NCBI GenBank assembly: GCA_016748015.1
Contig: JAAOMT010000468.1
Span: forward strand, 186,001-250,000
Direction of reading: 5' to 3'
DNA: 64,000 nt
Origin: Geosiphon pyriformis uo1
Lineage: Eukaryota; Fungi; Glomeromycota
This document shows positions 1 through 14,657 of this stretch, piece after piece. The translations under genes and the position numbers were made by a program. Positions within the stretch are counted from its first letter, which is position 1, and the number at the start of each line of letters is the position of its first letter. The notes beneath the pieces were generated by a model. That model was not told the DNA's origin. It was given only the letters and a program-made list of their open reading frames with translations, and searched no databases.

Positions 1-1571
1 TAAATAACTTAGAAATTGGAGTTATTTACAGTAATATCTTTCAACAAGAATTACCCCAAACAGTCCCCGATTTCTCTAAAATTATTGGACATTCACTACC
101 AAAAATCAACCCAAACTCCAGCTCTGAAAACTACCATGTTGTCATAGAAAAACTATCTCGAATCAACATGGAACAACTTGAACCACAACAACAGAGCCAG
201 CTCAAAGAGCTAATTGCAGAATTTGCCAATATTTTTGCCGAAAACAACAATAACTTAGGAAGAACTGATTTGGTTCAACACCAAATTTATACAGGAGATG
301 CCAAACCAAGGCAACAGCAAGCCTACCAAATTGCTCCAGAAAGTCACCAATTTATCCGCAAAGAAGTACAATAGATGCTCAACAATGGGCTTATTCAACC
401 ATCAATAAGTCCATGGGCCTTACCTGTAGTCTTAGTTAAAAAGAAAAATGGAAAGATACAATTTTGTGTTGATTATTGACAATTCAACAGTGTTATCATT
501 GGAGATGCCTATCCCCTTCCCCAAATTGATGATATGTTGGATGCCCTTGGAAAATCTAAATACTTTTCGACATTAGATTTAGAGAGTGAATACTGGCAAG
601 TTGCCATGGATCCTGAAAATCACCCCAAAACAGCATTCACCACTTAAAAAAGAAATTACGAGTTCAATGTAATGCTTTTTGGATTATGCAATACACCAGC
701 AACATTCCAAAGACTTATGAATGTTGTTTACAAAGGCCTCCTTTGGAAATCAGTAGTTGTCTATCTTGATAATACTGATGTTTATTCACCATCTTTTGAG
801 TTACACTTAAAACACCTGTGAAAAGTTTTTCAACAATTACAGAAAGCAGGATTGAAACTGAACATCAAAAAATGCTACTTCGGAAAAATGAGTTTGGCTT
901 TTCTTGGTCACATTGTTAGCAAAGATGGAATTAAACCAGACTCTAGAAAAATCAGCACTGTCAAAAACTTCAAGACTCCACGAAATACCACAGAATTAAG
1001 AAGATTTATTGGATTAGCATCTTATTACCAAAAATTCATCAAAGGATTCTCAGAAATCACAAAACCCCTCAACCAGCTCATTACTAAAAACATCAAATAC
1101 AAATAGATGGAAGAACACCAAAAAGCTTTTGAAATTTTCAAGAAAAAGCTGACAACAGCTCCAATTCTCGCCTATTCAGACTTTAGTAACCAATTTCGAC
1201 TAGCTACAAATGCTTCTTACACTGCCTTTGGTGCCATCTTATCACAATTAGATGATAACGGAAATGAGCAAGTAATTGCTTATGCTAGCAGAACATTAAA
1301 ACCAGCTGAGAAAAACTACTTTGCCACAGAACTAAAAACAGCCGCCGTAATTTGGGCTCTACACCACTTCAACCTTTATCTCAGGCCTAAAGAATTCGAC
1401 ATTATCACTGATAATATTGGACTCAAATAGTTTCAAAACAAAAACACTCAGCTAAATGCCAAACAAACCTGATGGACAGGATTTTTATCTAACTACCAAT
1501 ACATTGTACATTACAAACCAGGAAAACTCCACACCAATATTGATTGTCTCTCAAAAATGAGGCAAGATTAG
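1..1571 (+). pseudogene. pol: pol (RT + RNase H), stop-riddled; ends DCLSKMRQD* (TAG 1569-1571)
   Basis: ORF fragments 168-374, 852-1106, 1107-1430 in one frame, broken by TGG>TAG/TGA and CAA>TAA stops. Confidence 0.9.
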
Positions 1572-1617
1572 AACATAAAACCAACATCCATTTGAATTAA
1601 CAACAAGACAACAAACA

Positions 1618-3003
1618 ATGAACTCTGAAAACTACAACAATCTTAAACAATATTTGGAGACATTAACAATTCCAACAGATTGGTCTGCAGATAAAAAACA
1701 CTGATTACAACAACAAGCCAAACAATATCTCTTATACAACAACATGATTTATTATCGAAACTTCAGAAACCCAGACAATCCACTCAGATTAATACAAAAA
1801 CATGAAAAAGAAACCATTTTATATAACATGCACTCAAACCTTTCATTAACACACCTAGGAAAAGACAGCACCACCCAGAAAACACTAGAATATTACTTTT
1901 GGCCTTGAATGAGAAAAGACATTCATAAATATGTTAAGTCTTGTAATAGTTGTTAAAGAAAAAAAAGAACTTGCCCTACAGAACCTTTAAACCCAATCAA
2001 AGTTGGACAGCCTTTTAACCAAGTTGGTATCAATTTAGTCGGACCACTACCTATCACAAACCAAGGAAACTATTATATTGCAGTAGCTGTAAACTATCTT
2101 ACCAAATGGCCCGAAGTCAGAGCTATTCAACAGGCAGATGTGAAATTAGTAGTAAATTTCATCTATGAAGACATCATTTGTAGACATAGATGCCCAATAG
2201 AACTTTTATCTGATCAAGAAACACATTTTGTGAACAATTTAATCCAGAAAATTTGTGAACAATTTAATGTCAAGAGACTATTATCTTCGCCCTATCATCC
2301 ACAAACAAATGGACTTGTAGAATGTTTTAACAGAACATTGTGTGAATTATTAGCCAAAGTCTCAACCGATTTTGAGCAAGAATGAGATCTCTTTATTCTG
2401 TCAGTGTTACTAGCATATAGAACACTAAAACATGACACCACAAAAAACACACTATTTGACTTAATCTATGGAAGAACAGCAATGTTACTAATTAATTTTA
2501 CTGTAGAACCATACCCAGTGCAGCCAATCAATAAAGAAAACTTTCAGAAAACACTTTAACAAAGAGTCTACAATCTTCTTAGCACATTGGAAGGAAAACA
2601 ACGAATAACAGCCACCCATATTGAACACTCCCAAGCTCAACAAAAAGAATGGCATGACAACAAATTGCTACCAGTCACCAATGAATTTAAAATTGGAAAC
2701 AAAGTTTTCTTACACAGAACTAAAACTGAAAAACAATGGAGTGGAAAATTTGAAAATAAATGAGATGGACCATTCTTTATTCATGAAGTTTTAGGCAACA
2801 AATCATATAAGCTAAGACTTGATGACAAAATCTTAGCAAAAGTTGCACATGGAGATCATTTGAAACACTATAATTCCAGAAACAATCCTGAACCATTAAT
2901 TCCACAAATTGGTACACATTCCTCTTTAATCAATCTCAAAGATATTCCCTGAAATTTAGAACCAATAGTTGTCATTGAACAATCTCTCAACTTGAACACT
3001 TAA
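1618..3003 (+). pseudogene. int: Integrase as separate ORF (MNSENYNNLKQY...; HHCC zinc region, core, GPF/SH3-like C-terminus)
   Basis: ATG 1618 in a different frame from pol; YHPQTNGLVE motif in ORF 2140-2385; GGACCATTC (GPF) ~2767. Confidence 0.85.
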
Positions 3004-3125
3004 CTTAAATTTATTATTATAGTTATCTCCTTATAATTTAAAAACAATCTCACAAAAACAAAGCAAAAATAACATAAAAACCCATACACCAAAAATAATT
3101 TTCTTTTATTTTCAAATCTCTTATA

Positions 3126-3845
3126 ATGACTAATCCTCAAAACATTCAACAATTATTCCAAAAACTAATGTTAACTTTAAAAACAATATCCGAATTATCT
3201 ATTACTGTTACTGGAAACCACATTAATTATACCCAAACAGAAGTAGTTACAAATTTAGCCCCAAATTCACAAAAATATCACTCATATAAGAAGAACACAA
3301 GAAGTTATTTTGGAATTTACCTGCCAGAACTTTTAAAGCTTGCTTTAAGAGAAAACTTAATGCTCACTCCTATTAGTATTTTACCAAATGCTACTATTTA
3401 ACAAAAACTTCAACTGTGTCTTAATGAAGAAAACTATGAGTATACTCCAATATATAGATATTTCTATATTGAAAAAACACTTCATGAACAAAAATGGGAG
3501 CTTACAGCAGCAAACCTTACAAAAGAAGCTATTTGGAAACAATTCCACAATGAATTCAAGACAATAGCTGGACCTACAAACAGTTATTATAAACTAAAAG
3601 CTGCTCTTAAACTTTATAACCTATTTCACACTTATGAAAACGTCCTACAAAACCCAATTTTACAGCCTTTGAAGATTCAATATATTGGAAAGCTCACAGA
3701 ACTGAAATTTCAACAATTTTCAGACCAAATTTCTTCAATAATTTTGGATTATTATCTAGAAATTACAGACAGTATTTGGACTTCGATGGAGCTCAGTCTT
3801 GAGGAAAAGGTTATGTTACCAGATGAAATTAGAAATATTGTTTAG
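3126..3845 (+). pseudogene. ORF3, family A (MTNPQNIQQLFQKL...), unknown function, one internal stop; runs through the PPT into the LTR
   Basis: ORF 3126-3401 continues in frame past a CAA>TAA-type stop to TAG 3843-3845. Confidence 0.7.
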
Positions 3846-4856
3846 CATAAAATTATCTTTATAAATCTTATCATTAATTAGCATATATTATTGTTTCAAA
3901 TTATCACTTATTACATTAGCAAAATGTCCGAAATTATCATTTAATTAATAACCCAATTTGTACATAACACAAATGTAACCTAAGTGTGATGATCAATCAT
4001 GCAATACCCCGAAATATGTAATATTCAAAAGTTTGCTGAAATTTGTAGAAATTTGCTGAAATAATTGATAGTTTAGTGGAACTGTGGCAAAATTGCTGAC
4101 CGAGGAACTGTTATTTTCACTGGCTAATATTAAGTACCAAAATATCTAATAGTTCGCAGAAATAACTTGTAGTTTGCTGAAATATATCTTTAATTCAACA
4201 AAATTGTAGAAAAGAGCAAAGTTCAAGTTCATGGAATAGTATTACAACAAGTTATATAAAAGAAGAGCTTCTCTCTTCGAGAAAATATATCTTACTTTAG
4301 ATTTATTACTTAGAACTATTTCTACACACACAAAAAGAAATAAAATATCAAATAATTCAAAAAACCAATTTTTTTAAATATTGCATTTAGAAAATCTCCA
4401 AAAACCCAACTAACGTTTTGAAATTGATTAGCTACCAATTTCAGTAAACTGTTAGTAACTCCAAGCCTGGATAGAAAACGTTTCTCTTGACAGAATTCTA
4501 TTTCTTTTACATTTCTTTTATTTTTCTTTTATTTTTTTATTATAATTATTAGGGTAGCCTACAGACGAGATTCCAGTAGAAGAGTTGACTTTCACAGCAA
4601 AGTAACTACACATTTTTAGTGAGCTTCCAGACGAGCAATTCCTGGGAAAGAGTTGATTTTTACTACAATGTAACTATATAAAGTAACTGGCACGGAATTG
4701 GCCATCCCACTTATAAGCCCAGCAGTTCAAATTATAGAAGATAATTTGAAGGTAAAATTCAGTTATTGGAGGTTTAAACACTTCCCATAGTTGTGAATTA
4801 ACAGTATTACAACAAACATACAAGAGCTAAGAAGAGACCAAAAACCTCTGGTAACA
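3814..4856 (+). repeat. 3' LTR, family A (1043 bp)
   Basis: Perfect 10-bp terminal inverted repeat TGTTACCAGA/TCTGGTAACA, preceded by purine tract GAGGAAAAGGTTA; homologous solo copy at 54810-55763. Confidence 0.95.
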
Positions 4857-7420
4857 ATGTACTTAAATTCAACTATAAAACATTTTCATAAAAAAGCAAT
4901 CATGAAAAAAACTATAAAAAATATACTATTAATTATTAATGTATTCAGACATTATTTAATATATTCAAAATTGTAATGTTTATTAAAAAAGAAAAAGAAC
5001 AAAATTCAACAAACCACTAAAACCAATTAAAATAAAACAATTATTTAATTAAATTGAAATTGACTTAATAAGATCATTAATTATAACCAGCAGAAACAAT
5101 TGATATATAACAATAATCATAAATTATTTTATAAAATAGTTAGAAGCTAAAATCATTCAAAGAGCAAATACAGAATTTGTAGCTAAATTTGTATACCAAA
5201 CTTTGATTTGTTAATATAAAAGTCCAAAAAAATTGTTATCAAACCAAGAAACTCATTTTGTAAACAAAACATTGTATAAAATAATAATCAAAATTAGTTA
5301 AAAAACCAGAATAAATAAAATTTGTTTATATTATTAGTATTATTTACATATTGAACAATAAAACAAAATACTACATAAGCAATATCATTTAAACTAGTCT
5401 ATAGTAAAACAACAATATTATTAGTTAAAATAGATATTAATATATATTTAATAAAACTAATAACAAAAGCCAACTTTCATATAACTTAATAAAAACTCTA
5501 GAAAACAAAAGATAAAAAGCAACTAATAATATATAAAAGTTACAAAAAAAACAAAAAAATAATATGACAACTAATTATTAAATAAACTGGTCAAATTCAA
5601 AATTAAAGACAAAGTACTTTTATATTATACTAAAACAAAAAAACAATAGAATAAAAAGTTTAATTTCAAGTAAAATGATTTATTTTACATTGAAAAAATT
5701 CTAAGAAATAAAGCTTATAAATTAAGATAAGACAACAAAATCTTAATCAAAGCAATACATAGTAATCAACTAAAATTATATTACAATATAACATCATTAT
5801 TTATCAATAATATTTTATAATTAAAAGTACAAAGAATACTATTCAAACCAGATAAGATTCTATAAGATTTGAAACCAATTATAATTATCAAAAAAAACAC
5901 AAAAAATAGATTAAGATAAAAGTATATAAAGATACAATAAACATAACAAAAGCAACAATAAAAGATAAAAACTCAGATTACATTTACATAATAGCACAAC
6001 AATTATTTCAAGCCATAAATCAACAATAATTAAACATAAAAATTATCATTAAATACCAAACAATTTATTATAAAAACACAAAAAAAGAAAAAAAGCAAAA
6101 ATTACTTCATATTAATAAACACAGAACCAAACAAAGCATTAATTAAATAAGATTATAGAAAAAGTAAAGAACACTTTTAAAAAAATACCAATTACTGTTT
6201 TAACCAAAAAACTAATTAAAAAAGCTAAAAGCTATAAATAAAACAACTTTCAATAATATATTATTACTATTAGTTAGGACAAAAGCTGAATATTCAGAAA
6301 TTATATATTAATAAATTTAAAAATATGTTCAATTAAAAAATAGTACAACAAATTAAAGACTTTATTAGAAAAAAAAGAAGTTTTATACTATATATTAAAA
6401 CAATTTATTAATTATATACTGTATTTTAAGATTATCTAAAAATACTACTATATTTAAAAATAAAAACAATAACTATTAACTAGTAAAAAAAAATAAGCAA
6501 TTTTTAATTCAAAAACATAAGAACCAGAATTGAACAAACAATATTAGAAAAAAAGTAATAGACTTAATTCAATATAAGAATTTCAACAGAGCTTAATATT
6601 AAAAAAAAATATTACTTATAAAAAAGAGTATAAAAAAAAAACAGATTATAAAATAAACTAATAGGAAAATAGTACTTAATGAATGAGCACATTTTTAAGA
6701 AATTATGGCATATTTCTAAAAATGAACACATTTTCAGAAAGTAGTATAAAAAAAGAATAAAAATGTAAAAGATCTTATATAACATAAAATATGTATATAT
6801 AACAAGAGTATTAAAAACAAAAAAGACAGAACAGTAATTAGAAACAAGCAATTATTAAATACTTTTTTTTTTAAAAGATAGTTTTTTATAACTTAAAATA
6901 AAATAAAATCATATCTATATTAATAAAATACTCATTACCATCTAATTTATATTGTCATTGCTTGATTAAAAAATATTAATTACTTTTATACTATTAATAA
7001 CTTATGTTAATAAAATTTAATACTTAACTATACTAGCTAATAACTCTTGATTATGATTATTAACAAAATACTAATTTCTTTTTTTTCTTTTTTTTTTTTT
7101 GTTGTTTATTAATTGATTAAAGAAATTAAGTATTGAATAATTGATGTCAAAAATAGCCTGATAAAAAACCTGTAAAACAAAAGTAGAAAACTTAAGAATA
7201 GTTTACCAAAAAAACATGACTGCTAAATTAAATTGATTATCATGCTAAAGAAAAAAATTTACAGAAAAAACTATTAATTAAATCTCTGTTTATTATACAA
7301 AAAACTTAACCAAAACTTTTAAATCATAAAACCTTTAGAAATTATTATTATTAATAGCTATTGAGCATTAAGTTATAGGTTTGTTATTTATTTCAATTTT
7401 CCAAATAATTACTTATAACA
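4857..7420 (+). mobile_element. Heavily decayed family-B-like element H1 (integrase remnant, ORF3 remnant, 3' LTR 6610-7420); host of element A
   Basis: Resumes in the integrase MHSDPTAGHFHKEA region; AGAGCTTAATATT plus A-tract PPT at ~6589-6609; LTR TATTACTTATA...CTTATAACA. Confidence 0.8.
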
Positions 7421-10400
7421 CCTATGACTAAGAACAATTTGACAACCCAAAACAAAATAGAAAATAGGACAATACATCTTGCTTTATATGTGAAAAATTA
7501 TTATTTAAAAAATACAATTAAATCAATATTGCAATAAAAAAAAATTTGTGATCAAACTTGCCAATATGCTCTATTAATCTCTAAAAAAACAAAAAAAAAA
7601 CACTTTTTAATGTAGTATATAATAGTGCTTTTAACAAGTTCTATTATTACTTATATAATGTTAAAATAATCTATGATTTTGCCATAACTTTAATTAATAG
7701 AGCCATCCAAGAAGATATTTGTCAAATAAAAAAAACAGAATACATTAAATACATAATAGAATTAGTTAAATTTAATTATAAAAATAAAATAGAAATCTAT
7801 TACTAAATTACAAATCATATATACTCAACCAAAGAAATTTAAATTCAACTATATGAAAAATGTATTATGTTTTATAATAATTAATAATATCTGGAATGTT
7901 ATGCTCTTAACATTTTCTTGTTTAACAAGAATAATGAATGTAAAATTAAATTTAAAGAACCTGAACCAAAAGAAAAAATTGCAACAATTTTGATTTATCT
8001 TACCAAAAATCAGTCTGTTATATAACTCTAATACTTTGACAACAATAAACAAGAAATAAATCTGAAAAATCTTATAAAATTAATACAGAATATGACTTAT
8101 AATATTCAGAAAAAAATACTTTGGTTTTCTAATTCAAGTTTTTAAACAAAAATTAATTTCAAATTGCTTTTGAAATTCTACCAAGAGCAATAGTTTAAAT
8201 TGCTTTTCAATCATCTTTGGCCAGCAAAAAAATCAATATTAAAAAAAAATTATTAATGTAAGATATATTGGAGATATCACAATTATGCTACAAAATGAAA
8301 TAGACAAATTATTCAAAATTAAACATGCCAAAAAGATTGCTTAAGCTATTAATCTATCTTTAATTAGCATTTTAAATTTGCAATCAGTTATATTAAAAAA
8401 ACAATTGGGCAAAAGTGAAAGAGAAACACAAAATTTTGATTTAACTAAATAATTTACAGTTTTAATAAATATAGTTCTTAATGTACAAAATAAATCTTAC
8501 CAGATTTTTCAACTTTTTTAACCAATTATTATCTTACTTTTTGGAGAATATTATGAAATTTACACCTGTTCAAAACTTACAACCACTCAACAAATTTTTG
8601 AATTAAATCAACAAATTTGTTTAAAACATGAAATATTAATTTTAAACATTTATATTTCAAAAAGAATGAAAAATTTTCGAGTTGTATTTTATAATTTTAA
8701 CAACTATTCTATTATTTTATTAAATAAATTAGAAATTAAAATCATATATAGCAAGATCTTTTAAGATAAAACTCCTTAAATTGGTATTAATTTTATTAAA
8801 ATTATAAAACATACTCTCTTTTTTAATCCAATCATCTTTTTCAATATTGAAAATTATTATTTAATAGAAGAAAAACTATCTTAAATTAACATGAATTCTT
8901 TAAAACTCCAATAACAAAAACAATTGAAACAATTAATTACCAAATATGCTAATATATTTGCCAAAAACAACAATGATTTAGAAAAAACCAATATTATTCA
9001 ACATTAAATTTATACTAAAAATGTCTTATCAAAATAACAACAAGTATATCAAGTTTTACTTTCTAGTTATCAATTCATAAAAAAAAGATTCAACAAATAC
9101 TTAACAATAGTCTTATTTAATTATCAAAAAGCTCTTGAGATTTATCTGTTATTTTAGTTAAAAAAAACAAAAAAATTTGGTTTTGTGTAGATTATTGTTA
9201 ATTTAATAGTATAATAATTAAAGATATATATCTTTTATTTAAAATTGACAACATGCTAAATGTTTTAGAAAAAGCCAAGTTTTTTTCAACTTTAGATTTA
9301 GAAAGTAGATACTAAAAAGTTGAAATGAATTCAAAAGACTGACTTAAACAGCTTTTATTATTCAAAAAGAAAATTACAAGTTCAATGTAATGTTTTTCAA
9401 ACTTTGCAATATACCAACAATATTTTAATAACTCATAAATATTGTATATGTAAAACTTTTATGATAATTAGTAGTTGTCTATTTTAATAATATTAATGTA
9501 TACTTCCCAAATTTTGAAGTTTATCTTATTTACTTACAAGAAATTTTTCAATAATTATAAAAAACAGAATTGAAATTGAACATATAAAAAATACTATTTC
9601 AGAAAAACAAGCTTGATTTTTTTTGAACATATTATAAGCAAAAATGGAGTTTAACTCAATTCAAAAATAATTAGTGCTGTTAAAAACTTTTAGATTCTTT
9701 AAAATACTACAAAATTAAGAAAATTCATAGAATTAACTTTTTATTATTGAAAATTCATTAAAAAATTCTCTGAAATTGTCAAACCACTTAATTACTTAAT
9801 CAACAAAAACGTAAAATACCAATATATTCCAGTTCAACAATAAGCATTTAATACTTTCAAAAAAAAATTTATTACAGCTTCAATTTTTATCTATTTAGAC
9901 TTCAACAAAAAATTTCAATTAGCTATCAATGTTTTATATATAGTTTTTGGTGTTATTTTTTTATAATTAAATAACAATGGCAATGAACAAGTAATTATTT
10001 ATACTAATAAAACATTCAAACCAGCAGAATTCAAGTATAGATCCACAAAATTAAAAACAACCACAATTATTTGGGCTTTTAAATACTTTTAATAGTACTT
10101 ATGAGAAAAAAAAAAATTTAACATTATTGCTAATAATATTAATCTTAAATAGTTTAACAAAAAAAGCTCTAAACTTAATGCAAAACAATCTTAATAGACC
10201 AATTTTCTAGCTAATTACAAATATATTGTTCACCATAAACCTAAAAAATTACATATAAATGTGAATAATTTCTTAAAAATAAGACAAAATTAAACATCAA
10301 TATTAACTTTATTATTATTTACTACTTTAACAACAATAAAACAATTAATAAACAATGGATTCTAAAAACTACAACAATATCAAAAACTATTTAGAAACTC

Positions 10401-11655
10401 TTATTATGCTAGAAAATTGGTCTCTAATCAAAAAACATTAATTACAATATTAAGCAAAACAATATTTTTTTTATCATAATAAAATCTATTATTAAAATTG
10501 TAGAAATCCAACCAATCTACTTAAATTAGTACAAAAAAACAAAAAAAAAACTATCTTTTACAATATGTATATTAATTTATTATTAACATATCTAGGAAAA
10601 AATAATGTAATTTAAAAAACACTTGAACATTATTTTTGGCCTTATATCCAAAAAAATATTTGATAATATGTAAAATCATGTGATAATTGTTAAAAAAGAA
10701 AAAAAATTTACCTTATTAAATTTTTAAATCCAATCAAAGTTGAACAATTTTTTAACAGAATAAGAATTAATTTAGTCAGACTACTACTAATTATTGTACA
10801 AAAAAATTGTTATATTGTAGTTATAGTAAATTATTTTACCAAATGGCTTAAAGTTAGAGCTATTTAAAAAGCAAATACAAAATTAGTAGCAAATTTTATC
10901 TACAAAGACATTATTTGTAGACATAAATATTTAATTAAATTATTATTTAATTAAAAAACATATTTTGTAAACAACTTAATACAAAAATTTTGTAAACAAT
11001 TCAATATTAAACACTTTTTATTATTATTATATTATTTATAAACAAATAAACTTATAGAATAATTCAACCAAACATTATGTAAATTACTAGCCAAAGTCTT
11101 AACCAATATTAAGTAGAAATAAGATATCTTTATTTCATTAGTATTACTAATCTATAAAACACTAAAACAAGATATTATAAAACACATATTATTTAATTTA
11201 ACTTATAAAAAAACAGCAATATTACCAATTAATTTTACTGTGAAAATATATTCAGTACAACCAATTACAGAAAAAAACTTCTAAAAAACACTTTAACAAA
11301 AAGTTTACACTTTTCTTAAAACATTGAAAGAAAAATGACAAATAACAACCACCTATATTAAATACTTTTAAGCTCAAAAAAAAAATGACATGATAATAAA
11401 TTGTTACTAGTTATCAATGAATTTAAAATTAAAAACAAAGTTTTTTTATATAAAACTAAGACTAAAAAACAATAGAGTAAAAAATTCAAGCATAAATAGA
11501 ATAGACTATTTTATATTCACAAAATTCTAGACAATAAATTATACAAGTTAAGATTTAATACCAAAATTCTAGCAAAAGTTGCACATAAAGATTGGCTAAA
11601 ACACTATTATTTCAGAAACAATCCTGAACCATTAATTTCACAAATTAGTACACAT
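7421..11655 (+). mobile_element. Decayed family-A element H2, internal fragment (Cys-rich domain, dUTPase ~8040-8455, RT-RH, IN from ATG 10355)
   Basis: Colinear with 1-2920 from ~8750 on; dUTPase motif remnants (YDL, SSLA, GDITIMLQNE); cut at 11655 by an LTR. Confidence 0.85.
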
Positions 11656-12561
11656 TGTTACAGATGATTATTTGGGGTTTCAAAGCAAATAACAAACCTG
11701 TAACTTAGTGCTCAATTGATATAATAATGTTGGTTTCTAAAGATTTTGTGATCTGAAGGTTTTGGTTATCTGAAAGCTTTGGTTGAGTTCTTTGTATAAT
11801 GGACAGAAATTCAAGTGTAATTTTTTTTTAGTGATGTTTCAAGTATTAACTCTCAGATTCAGATGTTTGGTTTTGTTTATTACTTTCCAGAATTGCAATT
11901 CTGTCAATTTTTTTTTGGCATAATGGCTGGCAATCTTCTAGTAAGCTATCCTCAAATTTGAGTGTCTACTCTTATTCCTGAGTCTTTTACCAGTGCTATA
12001 TCCTGATGTCAATAACTCAGCACTTAATTCTTAATCAATTAGTATACAACAATAAAATAAAAAATAAAAGAAAGAAAGATAACAAAGAAAAATAAGTCAA
12101 GACAATTAAGTTAGTATTCTGTCAATAGCCATGATCAAGAGCTATTGTTTCAGTATGATCAAGTATGGGTTACTATCAACATAAAGTATTGATAGTAGAA
12201 AATAGATTGAAATAGCAAATAGTTATTTATTAATATTTGTGACTTGAAAGATTGCTTAGATGAAATCTAAACTAAAAGATCTGTTTTTTTCTACTTCTAA
12301 TGCTACCACTATATATACATAATTGAGATTTCTAAATTTCTTAATTTTTCACACCAGAAATTCTGGAATTTCTGGAATTTTACAATTTTTTTGAAAGGAA
12401 TTTTGGAATTCTGGAATCCTGTAATTCCTCATATAAGAATCTTGAAATTTCTGGAATCTTGCAATTTCTCTAAGAGAAATCTTGGAATTTTATATTTACT
12501 ATATTTACTTCTAATTGACTAAGTTATATACTAATATACTTCTTATATTCTATATATAACA
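11656..12561 (-). repeat. 3' LTR of B1
   Basis: TGTTACAGATG...ATATAACA termini, followed by reverse-complement PPT TTATTCTCTCCTTTT. Confidence 0.9.
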
Positions 12562-13777
12562 TTATTCTCTCCTTTTAATATTGAGCTTTATCAAGATCTC
12601 CTATTTCTAATTCTTTATCTTTGAGTATTTTTTGAACTTTTTTTTTGAGAATTATTTGTGTTATTTTGTTCTGTAATTCTTCAAATTGGGTATTGGTCAT
12701 TTTTCTTATTTGGTTAATGGAAATAGTGTCTATTGCTGAATTGAGTAAGATTTTTAATTGGTCTTAAAATCCAATTTGTAATTAATAGATGGCTTATGCT
12801 TGTGTGATTAGATTGTTCTTTCTCATAAATTGCTCAAGTTGTTGTAATATTTTTGGATTGAATAATCATTTTGTCTTATTAGTATATAAGTTCTGGATAT
12901 TCAGGTGTTGTTCCAAGTGGAAATAACAAAAGTTTTTGGAAATTGTTGTATCCACCACATTCAAGTTTCTTTGGTCAATTCTTGATATAGTGCGACTTCT
13001 ATTAATTTTTCTATTGCCAATTTTATTTTATTTTATTTTGTCAATGGTGTTTTCTGGTTTTTTTTGTATTTTGTATTGGAATATCTTTCTGGTATTTTTG
13101 TATCAGATGATTTGTTTGTTGATAATAATTTTCATATTCTGTTGTTGAATCAGTTAAAAAAATTGTTGTGCCAATGTGTATATATTGTTAATAATTTCCA
13201 TTTTTCTGGTATCTTTTGTTACATGTTAATTTTTTATATAATGTTTGAAGTCTTAATTTAACATGTTTGGTTCAATGATTATAATTGGTTCCAGATTTTG
13301 TGGAATCTCATCTGATTGAACTAGTTTTCATTGTACTCCCAATTGTGGAATATTATTGGTAAATGATAATATTATATTATGATAAGATTTTAGTTAATTA
13401 CCATGTGCTGCTTTGGTTAAAATTTTGTTGTCCTATTTTAATTTATAAGCTCTATTTTCTAGAATTTTTTCTATGTGAAATGGTTTATTCTATTTGAGAT
13501 CAAATTTTTTACTTCATTGTTTTTTCATTTTGGTATGATGTAAAAGTACTTTGTTTCCAATCTTAAATTCAACTGGTTTATCTGGTAATTGGTTATCATG
13601 TCTTTCTTTTTGTTTTTCTTGTAATTTCTGGATGTTATTAGCTGCTTTTTATTGTTTGTTTTCTAGTGTTTTTATTAAGTTATATGTTCTTTTTAACAAT
13701 GTTTCTTGGAAATTCTCTTCTGTTATTGATTCTGTTAAATATGTTTTGACTTTTATTTCGACTGGTACTGTTGCTGT

Positions 13778-14643
13778 TGTTACAGATGATTATTTGGGAT
13801 CTTAAATCAAATAACAAACCCATAATTTGGTGCTCAATTAATTGTGTTGTTGGTAATATTAGAAGGTGTTATTTATCTGAAGGTTTTGTTGTGGAGTTCT
13901 TTGTATAATGGACAAAAATTCAATGGTTGTCTTTTTAGTAGCCTCCCAGAATTACAATTCCATTGAATTTCTTTCTTAGCATGATGATTGGTAATCTTGG
14001 CAGAGATGCCTTTCTGGTAAGCTATTCTTAAACTCTCAATTCTTATACCCTTCCTTTGGGGTTTTTTACCAAGTTATCTGTGATGTCAATAACTCAGTGC
14101 TTAATCTTCAAGTAATTAATAAAACAAAAGAGATAACAGAAACAAAAAAAATTTAAAAGAAATAAACTAAGACAATGAATGTTAGTATTCTGTCAATAGC
14201 CATGATCAAGAACTATTGTTCTAATAAGGTTAAGTATCAATTACTATCAACATAAAGTATTGATAGTAGAGAATAGATTAAGATAGTGAATAATTATTTA
14301 TTTGTGATGTGGAAAATTGCTTAGATCAAGTCTAAATGAAGAGGTCTCTAACTAAAGGATTCTGTCTTTTCTACTTCTAGCACTACTGCTATATATACAT
14401 AATTGAGATTTCTCAATTCCTCAATTCTTTACACCAGGAATTCTGGAATTTTTGGAATCCTGCTATTTCTCTTGAAAAGAATTTTGGAATTCTGGAATCC
14501 TGTGATTCCTTGTACAAGAATCCTGAAATTTCTGGAATCTTACAATTCTTCTTGAAAGGAATCTTGGAATTCCACATTTATTATGACTACTTCTGATTGG
14601 CTAATTTATATGCTAATATACTCCTTATGTTCTATAAATAACA
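13778..14643 (-). repeat. 3' LTR of B2
   Basis: TG...CA termini, adjacent PPT, colinear with 22969-23833. Confidence 0.95.
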
Positions 14644-14657
14644 TTATTCTCTTTTTT

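Larger units (their letters stand above)
1..4856 (+). mobile_element. Ty3/Gypsy LTR retrotransposon, family A, 3' part (RT-RH, IN, ORF3, 3' LTR); 5' end outside window
   Basis: RT motifs (SPWALPVVLV..., YLDN for YLDD ~761), RNase H (ATNAS...YASR), integrase GPF motif ~2767, PPT 3801-3813 then LTR TGTTACCAGA...TCTGGTAACA. Confidence 0.95.
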
